DNA of 62,883 nt, taken from IMG/VR virus record IMGVR_UViG_3300007640_000006, positions 1 to 62,883 of that record; one strand, 5' to 3'. Each line of letters begins with the position of its first letter. Position 1 is the first letter of the stretch. The position numbers and the translations under genes were made by a program. This DNA comes from a virus. This document shows, one piece after another, positions 36,734 to 44,603 of this stretch. Under the pieces are notes generated by a model that searched no databases, was not told where the DNA came from, and saw nothing but the letters and a program-made list of their open reading frames with translations.

Positions 36734-37284
36734 TGGACGCTCCAGCACTTGGCGTGGCGCTCAAGCTGGCGGGCCCACACGCCCCAGCAGCGCGTGTTGG
36801 GCTTGCCGTTCACCAGGGTCGAGCAGTCGTATTTGGCGGCATAGCGCCATTTCAGCAGCGCGTCGCATGCCTTCGGGTACTCGCCAGCCAGCAGATGGCG
36901 GCGCATCGAGGATGATCGCCAGTTGCCGATGCCGTACTGGCCGGTGAAGTCGAGGTAGAGGTCGTATTCCTCCTGAAACAGCTTCACGCCAGGCAGCGAG
37001 GCCTGGAATCGGTTCTCTTCTTCGCTGTGCAGCGCCCTGGCTAGCTGCTGGGCGCGCTCGCGAGTGATGGGAGGATCTGCGAGAGTGACGCGCGTACCGT
37101 CTTCGTAGCGGGTCGAGCCGTGGCCGATGGTTGGCAAGTCGCCCTTGGTCGGGATGTGCGGAGCAAGCAGCTCGACGCCATCCTTCTGCACCACCGGGCC
37201 TTCGCCCTCGCTCTTGATCCAGGTGCCGAAGCCGGCCAGGCTGAGCGTCAGCGCCGTGACGGCAATCCGGTTGCGGATGCTCAT
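36730..37284 (-). CDS. SAR endolysin (T4-lysozyme-like muramidase, GH24-like)
   Basis: ATG 37284 overlaps the holin stop. Weakly hydrophobic N-terminus IAVTALTLSLAGFGTWI, then SEGEG...D...TIGHGST (E-D-T style catalytic pattern). Confidence 0.85.
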   Translation of the reverse strand: MSIRNRIAVTALTLSLAGFGTWIKSEGEGPVVQKDGVELLAPHIPTKGDLPTIGHGSTRYEDGTRVTLADPPITRERAQQLARALHSEEENRFQASLPGVKLFQEEYDLYLDFTGQYGIGNWRSSSMRRHLLAGEYPKACDALLKWRYAAKYDCSTLVNGKPNTRCWGVWARQLERHAKCWSVQ

Positions 37285-37547
37285 TGCTGCCTGCCTTCGA
37301 GGCCGCAGCGCTCGCGAAGCGCCTCGATGCGCGCCAGGCTCTCGGCCTGCTCCCGCTTGTCGCGTCGGTGCTGGAAGTAGAAATTGCAGGCCAGGCCGAG
37401 CAGCGCGATGACAACGCCAGAAAGCCCGATCCAGTTGATCTGAGCCAGCCAACCGAAAGCCCCTGCAATTGCGCCGCCGAGCATGCTCTTGTTCGTGATC
37501 GAAACGGCTACCGTGTCCACGGTGCTTTCATTGATTTGAAGTGCCAT
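37281..37547 (-). CDS. Holin, two-TMD (pinholin-like, paired with the SAR endolysin)
   Basis: 88 aa. TMDs GGAIAGAFGWLAQI and WIGLSGVVIALLGLACNFYF, with a charged C-terminus RRDKREQAE. Confidence 0.75.
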   Translation of the reverse strand: MALQINESTVDTVAVSITNKSMLGGAIAGAFGWLAQINWIGLSGVVIALLGLACNFYFQHRRDKREQAESLARIEALRERCGLEGRQQ

Positions 37548-37610
37548 GCTCGCTCCCGTGCTGGCTGGTCTGCTTTGACGGGATGCTATGAAGCGGAACG
37601 AACAGTGGCG

Positions 37611-37628
37611 AACCCTACAGGGGGTCAG
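37611..37628 (-). promoter_or_regulatory. Late-operon conserved motif, copy 4 (CTGACCCCCTGTAGGGTT)
   Basis: Overlaps the TGA of the upstream gene, 63 nt upstream of the holin ATG. Confidence 0.6.
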
Positions 37629-38281
37629 ACCCAGGCTTTGTTGTGCTGCTCAACGTCCTGGCGGGTGATGCGGCGCAGATCGCTGTCGGGGCGATCGCCG
37701 AAATAGGCGGTGAATGCGGCCAGGGCTGCATCGGCGCGGCCGAGGTCCAGCGTCTCGCTATCCGGAACACTGAAGGCGCGATGCAGTGCCCAGTTCACCA
37801 GATGCCGGTGATGGGCCTGGTTGATCTCTGGCTTCGACGACTTGTCGGCGGTGAGGCCGCGGATAGGCAGGCGGTACCCTTCCAGCTTGAGCGTGCCACC
37901 CAGGCGCGGCGTCGGTACCAGGCGGATGCTGGTGTCGCCCTGGATAGCGAAGCGCGGAACGTCGGTGCGGTCGCGCCAGCCTGGCATGTTGTCATCCAGC
38001 CACTCGCGCGAAACCAGCTTGACCTCGCACCGCTCGGTAGAACCTGCCTCAAGCAGGCCCAGGTGATCGATCTCGTACAGCACCTGGCTTAGCGGATAAA
38101 CCGTCTCACCTGCAGCGATATCGATCTCGAAGCTCGCATTATGCAGCAGGCGCCCGCGAATGCAGGCCTCCTGCTCTGCCTCAATGAGCCAACGCGCAAC
38201 GTCAGGCTGCTCGAACAGGTACGGTTCAACCTTGTCCTGTGCGGTAGTCCTGAAATCCTTGGTCAGCTCGTCGAGAGTCAT
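37625..38281 (-). CDS. Hypothetical head-module protein (218 aa), possible head-tail adaptor
   Basis: The call rests on position alone: it is the last gene of the head block, before the lysis cassette. Confidence 0.45.
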   Translation of the reverse strand: MTLDELTKDFRTTAQDKVEPYLFEQPDVARWLIEAEQEACIRGRLLHNASFEIDIAAGETVYPLSQVLYEIDHLGLLEAGSTERCEVKLVSREWLDDNMPGWRDRTDVPRFAIQGDTSIRLVPTPRLGGTLKLEGYRLPIRGLTADKSSKPEINQAHHRHLVNWALHRAFSVPDSETLDLGRADAALAAFTAYFGDRPDSDLRRITRQDVEQHNKAWV

Positions 38282-38284
38282 GGA

Positions 38285-39160
38285 TCACACCACCCCGAAC
38301 TGGTCGATCATGCCGGTGACCGCCTGGCGCAGTTCGGCGACAGACTTGCGCTTGTTGAGGTTCTGCTGGTAGTTGGTCATGGCGTACTCGGCCAGCGAGT
38401 CCTTGGTCATGATGTTGATCTGCTGCTTCAGGTCGAGAATGCGATTCTCCTTCTCGCGGTTCTCGTCCTCGAGCTTCTTGGCAGCAGCCAACTGGCGAGT
38501 GGTGTCGTCGTCTTCATCCTTGTCTTCGACCTTATCCGACTTCGCAGGCGCTTCGGCTAAGGCCTTGGCGCTGCCTTCTTCGAACATGTCGGGGTGACGC
38601 AGGAACTTGCGGGCGATATCGGCCGGCATGGCGCGCTCCTGGCCCTGAGTGAAGCTCAGGCCGGTGCCATACAGGTGATCGGTGTAGGTTTCCTTGCGGC
38701 CGATGTAGACCACCACGATCTTGCCAGGGCCAGCCGGTGCGCTCGGCGCAGCCTGACCTGCTGGAACCTTGGCCAGTGCAGCAGCAACGGCAGCGGCAGC
38801 CGCTTCGTCAGCGTCCGGCAGAACCTTCAGCGCATGCACGACGGCACGGAACAGGTAGTCCTTCGACTTCTGCTCGGGCGGCAATTCATCGTAGGGGCGG
38901 CAGCACGGGTGAGTCTTCTTCTCGGCGTCCTTCACTTCGCCGTACACCCAGCCGTCGGCGACCTTCTGAGCCAGCCAGCTTTCGTGCGATTGCTCGGGAG
39001 TGGCATCAGGGTTGGCCAGGTGCATTTCGACACCAGCGATGGCGCTCTTCTGCTGCCATTCCGGCGCGTCATCCCAGGTTGGCTGGGAATCATCGCCCAG
39101 CGACAGACAGAACGCCGCGTTGATGGCGTGCGCGACCTTCGCAATGACCAGTACTTTCAT
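38285..39160 (-). CDS. RyR-domain protein (291 aa) in the head module
   Basis: SHESWLAQKVADGWVYGEVKDAEKKTHPCCRPYDELPPEQKSKDYLFRAVVHAL fits the RyR-domain consensus (HExW..K..GW.YG...K.HP...PY.ELP...K). Acidic coiled-coil C-terminus. Confidence 0.7.
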   Translation of the reverse strand: MKVLVIAKVAHAINAAFCLSLGDDSQPTWDDAPEWQQKSAIAGVEMHLANPDATPEQSHESWLAQKVADGWVYGEVKDAEKKTHPCCRPYDELPPEQKSKDYLFRAVVHALKVLPDADEAAAAAVAAALAKVPAGQAAPSAPAGPGKIVVVYIGRKETYTDHLYGTGLSFTQGQERAMPADIARKFLRHPDMFEEGSAKALAEAPAKSDKVEDKDEDDDTTRQLAAAKKLEDENREKENRILDLKQQINIMTKDSLAEYAMTNYQQNLNKRKSVAELRQAVTGMIDQFGVV

Positions 39161-39175
39161 GTTCGTGTCCTACCT

Positions 39176-39202
39176 TGCGGAAAAAGAAAGGGGCCGAAGC
39201 CC
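39176..39202 (-). terminator. Rho-independent terminator
   Basis: Minus sense: GGGGC-ttcg-GCCCC followed by TTTCTTTTTCC. Confidence 0.75.
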
Positions 39203-39217
39203 CTCCCAAGCTGCGTA

Positions 39218-39700
39218 TCAGCGGGCGCCTTGCAGTTCGCCGCTCACCAGCACCTCGATCTTGCTGGCCTTGGCGTTGTCAGCGACAGCCGTGGTCAGGA
39301 TCAGGCGTGCCGGCTTGGCCAGCGTCTTCAGGGCTTTACCCGCATTGGCACGCAGGCGCGCAGCGGTTGCCAGGGCGAAGCCGGTACCGAAGTACGCGGC
39401 ATCCTGCGGCACAGTGGTGTCATCCACACCATCCTCGTAGGCAAAGCCCAGCGAGCCGGTGATAGTGGCGGTCATGCCGGTGCTGATCAGGATCGAAGCA
39501 TCGTCCAGGCGCATGCCTTCCGGCAGTGGGCCGAGGTCGACCACATCGGCAGCAGCGATCGCTGCAGTCGAATCAGCGTTGAGCGCGGCACCGTTGGAGC
39601 CGGTTTCCAGGGTGAACTTCAGGGTGGTGGTGTTGCCATAGGCACCAGCAGCACCGCCGAACTGGCGATTGCCGTAGGTCTTTAGGGTTACTTTGGCCAT
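39218..39700 (-). CDS. Capsid-associated structural protein (160 aa), possible decoration protein
   Basis: AAGGAG RBS, directly downstream of the capsid gene, followed by a strong terminator. The function is positional only. Confidence 0.5.
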   Translation of the reverse strand: MAKVTLKTYGNRQFGGAAGAYGNTTTLKFTLETGSNGAALNADSTAAIAAADVVDLGPLPEGMRLDDASILISTGMTATITGSLGFAYEDGVDDTTVPQDAAYFGTGFALATAARLRANAGKALKTLAKPARLILTTAVADNAKASKIEVLVSGELQGAR

Positions 39701-39734
39701 GATGGGCTCTCCTTCAATGGGGTTCAGTAAAGGC

Positions 39735-39754
39735 GGGCCGGTGTTACCCGGCCC
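39735..39754 (-). terminator. Stem-loop after the capsid gene (possible attenuator)
   Basis: GGGCCGG-gtaaca-CCGGCCC with only a weak U-tract (GCCTTTAC). Confidence 0.35.
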
Positions 39755-39760
39755 AACCCA

Positions 39761-41053
39761 TCACTTGCGAGCGCCGATGATCGGCACAGCGGTGTCGATC
39801 GCGGTGGCACCGTAGTCGGTGAACTCGGTACCGTTGCCGGTCTCGATCGCGAAGCGGATCTTGCTGACGCCACGAATGGCACCCAGCAGCAGTTCCACCT
39901 TGTCGCCGTGGTCCAATTCCTTCTCGCTCCAGAAGAACGGGATCTTGGACTTCTCGCTGGCAGCCATCGCCTCGGCCACGGCCTGGCCACCCAGCAGGAT
40001 GGCGCGGTCGATAGCGAAGTTGGTGCCGAAGCTCGAAGGCACGATGCAGGTGCTCTCGGTTTCGCTGTTGCTGGCCGCGCAGTAGCGGATGGTGTCGCCG
40101 GCGTAGAAGCGGATCGGCTTCGGCATCTTCACGATCAGCACGCCATTCCACAGACCGACCTCGCCCAGGAACAGCGGGTGGCCTTTGGCTTGCTGGGCAC
40201 GTGCCATCGCACTGGCCTGCAGTTGACGGAAGTTTGGATCAGCTGCGAACAGGTTGTACTGAGCAGCGGAAACCAGCATCACGCGCAGCGGCGATTCGTT
40301 GGCAGCAGCGTCACCTTCGAAGATCACCGGAGGCGGCGGCAGAGCCACCTGATCGAGATAGGTACGCACACCATCCACGGTGTCCATCTTGAACAGGTCG
40401 GTGGTCGCCAGGTCGACTTCACCAGCGTTCACGGTGAACGGCTTGATGCCGTTGCCACCATCGGCGATGAAGTGACGGTTCTTGGTCGGCGCTTTCACGC
40501 GGTTGACCATGATCTTGGCGAAGTCCGGATGCGCTTCGGTTGGCACAGCCCATTCGATGTTGTCCTGAAAACCGCGAGCACCAGCCATGTGCACCAGCAG
40601 GCTCTGGTCGACATAGGCGTCCATCTTCGCCTGTGCGACAGGGCGACCCAGGCGGCGGAAGTCGGCCGGACTGCGGATGGTGGTCATGGTGTCGCCGAGG
40701 TCGATCGGGAAGCGCGCCTGGTTCACGCGCAGCTTGTCCTCGGACAGTTTCATGCCCACACCGCGACCCTCGGCATACTCGCTACCCATGATCGGGTAAC
40801 CGCCTACCGGGTTCAGCAGGTGGAAGGTGACTTCATCACCGCGGCTCTTGCCCAGGTCCTGGCAACGAACAATCGGCATGTGCTGGGTGGTCTGCTTGCG
40901 CAGGGTAGCCTCGGCACCAGCGGTGCCTTTCGGCATCTTGCCGGTGAGGCGGTTCATGGTGGTATTGCGCTGGGTGTGGACGGCGAACAGGCCGACGGCC
41001 TGCTCAACCATCGCCTGCGGGTCGCCGTAGCGCATATGAGTCTTGTCGGTCAC
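39761..41053 (-). CDS. Major capsid protein (430 aa)
   Basis: GTG start with an AAGGAG RBS 7 nt upstream. The gene follows the scaffold gene. Size and composition fit HK97-fold capsid proteins of the N4/DUF4043-like type (from memory, unverified). Confidence 0.75.
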   Translation of the reverse strand: MTDKTHMRYGDPQAMVEQAVGLFAVHTQRNTTMNRLTGKMPKGTAGAEATLRKQTTQHMPIVRCQDLGKSRGDEVTFHLLNPVGGYPIMGSEYAEGRGVGMKLSEDKLRVNQARFPIDLGDTMTTIRSPADFRRLGRPVAQAKMDAYVDQSLLVHMAGARGFQDNIEWAVPTEAHPDFAKIMVNRVKAPTKNRHFIADGGNGIKPFTVNAGEVDLATTDLFKMDTVDGVRTYLDQVALPPPPVIFEGDAAANESPLRVMLVSAAQYNLFAADPNFRQLQASAMARAQQAKGHPLFLGEVGLWNGVLIVKMPKPIRFYAGDTIRYCAASNSETESTCIVPSSFGTNFAIDRAILLGGQAVAEAMAASEKSKIPFFWSEKELDHGDKVELLLGAIRGVSKIRFAIETGNGTEFTDYGATAIDTAVPIIGARK

Positions 41054-41085
41054 GGTGAATCTCCTTGATCACGGGACACGGAGCG

Positions 41086-42141
41086 TCAGACGCTCCGGTT
41101 CAGAAATGCCTCGATCTGGTCCGGGCTCTTGTCCATCAAGGCCTCAGCCATATCTACGGCGCCTAAGTTCGCCAGTGCTTCGCTGCCAGTGGCCGGGCCT
41201 GCTCGGCCGCCCGGAATATCCGAGAGGCTTACAGGTACCGCCGGCTTGGCCGCTTCCACGGCTTGCTTGGCTGCTGCCTTAACGTCCGTACTTGCGGGCG
41301 CCTCGGCTGCTGCCTGAGTTTTCCCAGTGGCTTCCTTGTACGTGTCGATGAACTCGATGATTTCCTCGGCAGTGCCCTTCTCCATCACCGAGCGGTATGC
41401 GCTACGGGCGAATCCGGGTTGCGACTCGATCCACGCATCCAACTCCGAGCTCTCGATAATCGAATCGAGGTCAGGGTGCTTGGCGTAGATCGCCTGCGCG
41501 TGAGCTTCCTGCTCGGTCATCTGCTGCTTCTGCTGCAGGGGGGCCACTTGCTGCTTCACCAGATCGGCCAGCAGTGCCGGGGCACTCTTGGCGATCAAGG
41601 CTTGCACGCCTTTGGCCAACGCTTCCGGGGAGAAATCCCCGAACAACTCTGGGTCAACGCCGGCATCCATAGCGGCCTCAGCGGCTGCCAGGTGTTTGTC
41701 GGCATCGGTCGGCGCCATCCCGGCGTCCACCCGTTGCTGTGCTTTTTCCCTGAGCGTTTCCAGTTCCTTCTGGGTATCCTGCAGCTTCTGCAGAGCTTCC
41801 TGCTCGCGAGCTTCCGCTGCTTGCTTTCCTTCTCGCGCATCCAACAGGCGCTGATACGGAATGGTGTGGACGTTGTCCTTCGCCATGATCACGGACTTGG
41901 CCGGATCTTCCGCCTCAACGCTTGCCGCGTTGTCATCGGTGTTCGATACGTCGTCAGTTGCCTGTGCGCCGTCAGTGGCTTGCGCGGCTTCTGCAGCAGC
42001 AGCGGCGGGCGTATCGCTGCCAGTTTCCGAGGTCTGTTCCCCGGTATCGCCCATATCCGCCAGCTCAAGAAGCTGGGCGGCCTGCTCTGCCGTCATCTCA
42101 CCGTTCGGTGCGTGTTGCTGGATAAACTCGTTCGGATTCAT
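41086..42141 (-). CDS. Scaffolding protein (351 aa)
   Basis: Lies between the portal and capsid genes. Acidic, Ala/Glu/Gln-rich, predicted coiled coil. Confidence 0.7.
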   Translation of the reverse strand: MNPNEFIQQHAPNGEMTAEQAAQLLELADMGDTGEQTSETGSDTPAAAAAEAAQATDGAQATDDVSNTDDNAASVEAEDPAKSVIMAKDNVHTIPYQRLLDAREGKQAAEAREQEALQKLQDTQKELETLREKAQQRVDAGMAPTDADKHLAAAEAAMDAGVDPELFGDFSPEALAKGVQALIAKSAPALLADLVKQQVAPLQQKQQMTEQEAHAQAIYAKHPDLDSIIESSELDAWIESQPGFARSAYRSVMEKGTAEEIIEFIDTYKEATGKTQAAAEAPASTDVKAAAKQAVEAAKPAVPVSLSDIPGGRAGPATGSEALANLGAVDMAEALMDKSPDQIEAFLNRSV

Positions 42142-42262
42142 GCCTGTCCCGCCACATATCGCCGTGGCCGCAATGGGTTCAGCAGTTACGAGGCGTCGCC
42201 GCCTCGCGCATCGCCAGGTCGCACCTGGCTTGCGAACGAGTGTCGCGAGGGGATCGGAAAAG

Positions 42263-42294
42263 AAAAAACCCTACAGGGGGTCAGATCTGTAGGG
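42263..42294 (-). terminator. Hairpin plus T6 after the portal gene, incorporating motif copy 3
   Basis: Minus sense: CCCTACAG-atctgacccc-CTGTAGGG (8-bp stem, 10-nt loop) followed by TTTTTTCTTTT. Confidence 0.55.
42267..42284 (-). promoter_or_regulatory. Late-operon conserved motif, copy 3 (CTGACCCCCTGTAGGGTT)
   Basis: Intergenic, 125 nt upstream of the scaffold ATG. Forms the 3' arm and loop of the hairpin above. Confidence 0.6.
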
Positions 42295-42302
42295 CTTTCA
42301 GG

Positions 42303-44603
42303 TCAGGCGAGGTTGTCGGTGGTGCTGACAGTCTCGATTCCCTGCATTCCGGTACCAGGCTCAGCAGGTACCGGCGGGAAGGCTGGACTGGTGTTCTCGC
42401 GCACTGGCGGCAAGCTATCAGGGCCACCTGGCTGCACATAAGGCGTCTTGATGTTCATCGCTGCAGTGGCGTCGGCCTGCGGGAAGTTTGGATCGTCGCC
42501 CTGCTGCTGTTCGTAGCCGGCGCCCTTCATGATCTCGTCGGCGACCGGGGCGATCATCGGCATCTGCGCGACCTGGGCAGCCGCTTGCATAGCCGAGTAA
42601 GCGGCCTGCACGCCAATCTGCACGGACTCGCGGCGGATCTTCTCGATCTCGGCGTCTGTCTTGCCCTCCTTCATCGCCAGTTCGCGCATCTTCAGTTCTA
42701 CGCCTGACTTGGCCAAGGCTTCGTCCACCGCCTGCTTGATGCGCTGCTCGACCTGCTCCGGCGATTCCTGCTCGCCAGCGGCGCGAATTGCTTCGACCAC
42801 ATCGCGCTTGAACGGCACATCCATGAGGCTGACCAAGAACGGCAGCACTGCGGCCTGGTACTGAGGCGGCAGGCTCTTGACGGCCTCGGAAAGCGCAGCC
42901 AGCTGCTGCGCGCGATAGCTGTTGGTGCTCGGCACATCCTCCAGAGCTACTTTCAGGCGAGTCCGCTGCAAGTCGTTCGACAGATAGGTGTAGCCGGCCG
43001 GGTCCTGCTCCGGCTTGTTGATCACCACGGTACGATCCTCTCGCACCGCATCGCCCTCGATGATGATCGTCTGCTGCTTCGCGCCGAGATCCTTGATGAT
43101 CATCGACAGGAGCATTTCGCCAACCAGCGTCCGGCCGGCGCGGAAGTTGTCCATCATCACACCCAGCGCCTGGTTGCTCTGCTCGATCTGCATCGCCTCC
43201 TGCCGGCCACTGGTGGCAGTACCTTCCTTGCCCATAAACCCAGTTGTCACCGCCGATACGCGCTGAATCGCGGAGCGGTTGTCCTGCAGCATCTGGAACT
43301 GCTGTTGATTCAGTTGGTAGTCACGATGCACCTGAAAACGAGCGCCAGGGTTGTTTCTGAAGTGATCGGCATTCAGCACGATATCCGCATCCACGCGCGC
43401 CACCTGCTGGCGAAACTGGGCATCGGTCATATCCACGGCGCCCTTGGTGCGCTCGGTGCGTACCGACGCCATACCCCAGCGCAGCTTGCTGATGCCGCTG
43501 TTCAGGCTGTCCTGCGGGTAGATCATGTCGCGCACGTAGCCGAATGGCACTCTGGTACCGTCCTCACGGAAGCCCCAGAACGGAGCATAGGGGTAATGCC
43601 GGTGGGTGTACGGGGTCGGTCCATCGTGCAAGCGGTGCGGGCCAAGCCAATAGCTACGACGCACGCGAGCCACTACGGCACGACTGTAGGTCGACATGCC
43701 GCTGGCAAGCGCCACCTGATGCGCCATGTTGCTCTCGTCGTACTCGACCACACGACCATCGGGCGCGGTGATGACGCCAACCTCAACCCAGCGCCGGTAC
43801 CAGACTTCGGCCAGGCAGATCTCCTTCGAGGTCGGGTTGTACCAGCGTTCCTCTTGCACGGTCCAAGCGCGCGCTTCTGCCCAGGCGTTGTGCAACCCAG
43901 TCGAATCGCCGCCGTCATTTGCAGCGTTTGGCGTGTCCATCCACCACTCGGCACCGTGCTTGCCGATCGCCAGGATCAGTTCCTTGTGCTCGGGGAACAC
44001 GCGAGCGATACGGTCAGGCAGCAGCCAGCGCTGACGACGCAACCAGCGCGCATCGCTCAAGTCCTTCTCGATCGCGGCAAAATCCCAGTGGATTTCGTTA
44101 CGGTGCACCACGCTGCAACGGTAGGGGTACTTGAAAGGGTCGCTCTCGCGCTTCACCTCAACCCATCCAAGGCCGACCGCAATCTGCGGCTGGAATGCAT
44201 CGCTGCAGGCGTCGTCGGCCTTCGCATGCCGCTCAGCCTGGTTGAGCTTGTAGTTCAGCGCATCGGCCACGTCCTGGCCGCCCACTTCGCCATCCGGCGT
44301 CACGCGCCAGTCAGTGCGGGTCGCACTCTCGTAGCCACGGATAGACAGCAGTGCCGGGCCGATCAGGTTCTCGACTGCTGGCGGAATACCCAGCGCACGC
44401 TGCCTGGCCAGCAGCTCGCCATCGAGTTGGTTGCCGTCCGCGTAGTCCATTTCCTTGTCGGCGGTGCCGCGCCACTTCGGCTGTTCCTCGATCTCATGCA
44501 TGATCTCGGTGTACTCGTCGAGCGTCAGCGCGAGCTCGTCTTTCGCCTCTTCGGCCTGCTCGGGGTGCTTGAGTGCGGTAGCGTCCATCTGGTGGTTCCT
44601 CAC
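42303..44603 (-). CDS. Portal protein
   Basis: 766 aa, directly downstream of TerL. GTG 44603 overlaps the TerL TGA. An alternative ATG at 44588 has a GAGGA RBS. Confidence 0.8.
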   Translation of the reverse strand: MRNHQMDATALKHPEQAEEAKDELALTLDEYTEIMHEIEEQPKWRGTADKEMDYADGNQLDGELLARQRALGIPPAVENLIGPALLSIRGYESATRTDWRVTPDGEVGGQDVADALNYKLNQAERHAKADDACSDAFQPQIAVGLGWVEVKRESDPFKYPYRCSVVHRNEIHWDFAAIEKDLSDARWLRRQRWLLPDRIARVFPEHKELILAIGKHGAEWWMDTPNAANDGGDSTGLHNAWAEARAWTVQEERWYNPTSKEICLAEVWYRRWVEVGVITAPDGRVVEYDESNMAHQVALASGMSTYSRAVVARVRRSYWLGPHRLHDGPTPYTHRHYPYAPFWGFREDGTRVPFGYVRDMIYPQDSLNSGISKLRWGMASVRTERTKGAVDMTDAQFRQQVARVDADIVLNADHFRNNPGARFQVHRDYQLNQQQFQMLQDNRSAIQRVSAVTTGFMGKEGTATSGRQEAMQIEQSNQALGVMMDNFRAGRTLVGEMLLSMIIKDLGAKQQTIIIEGDAVREDRTVVINKPEQDPAGYTYLSNDLQRTRLKVALEDVPSTNSYRAQQLAALSEAVKSLPPQYQAAVLPFLVSLMDVPFKRDVVEAIRAAGEQESPEQVEQRIKQAVDEALAKSGVELKMRELAMKEGKTDAEIEKIRRESVQIGVQAAYSAMQAAAQVAQMPMIAPVADEIMKGAGYEQQQGDDPNFPQADATAAMNIKTPYVQPGGPDSLPPVRENTSPAFPPVPAEPGTGMQGIETVSTTDNLA

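Noticed and set aside
36761-37468. 235-aa alternative-frame ORF overlapping the endolysin and holin on the same strand
   Set aside because: Arg/Pro/Ala-rich translation without features. The endolysin frame has the SAR segment and catalytic pattern. Only Rz1 is accepted as a genuine embedded gene in this cassette.
41062-41095. CGGAGCG-tcaga-CGCTCCG hairpin spanning the scaffold stop codon as a terminator
   Set aside because: No U-tract follows. It is followed directly by the AAGGAG RBS of the capsid gene, so it is more likely a translational-coupling or stability element, and the evidence is too weak to annotate.
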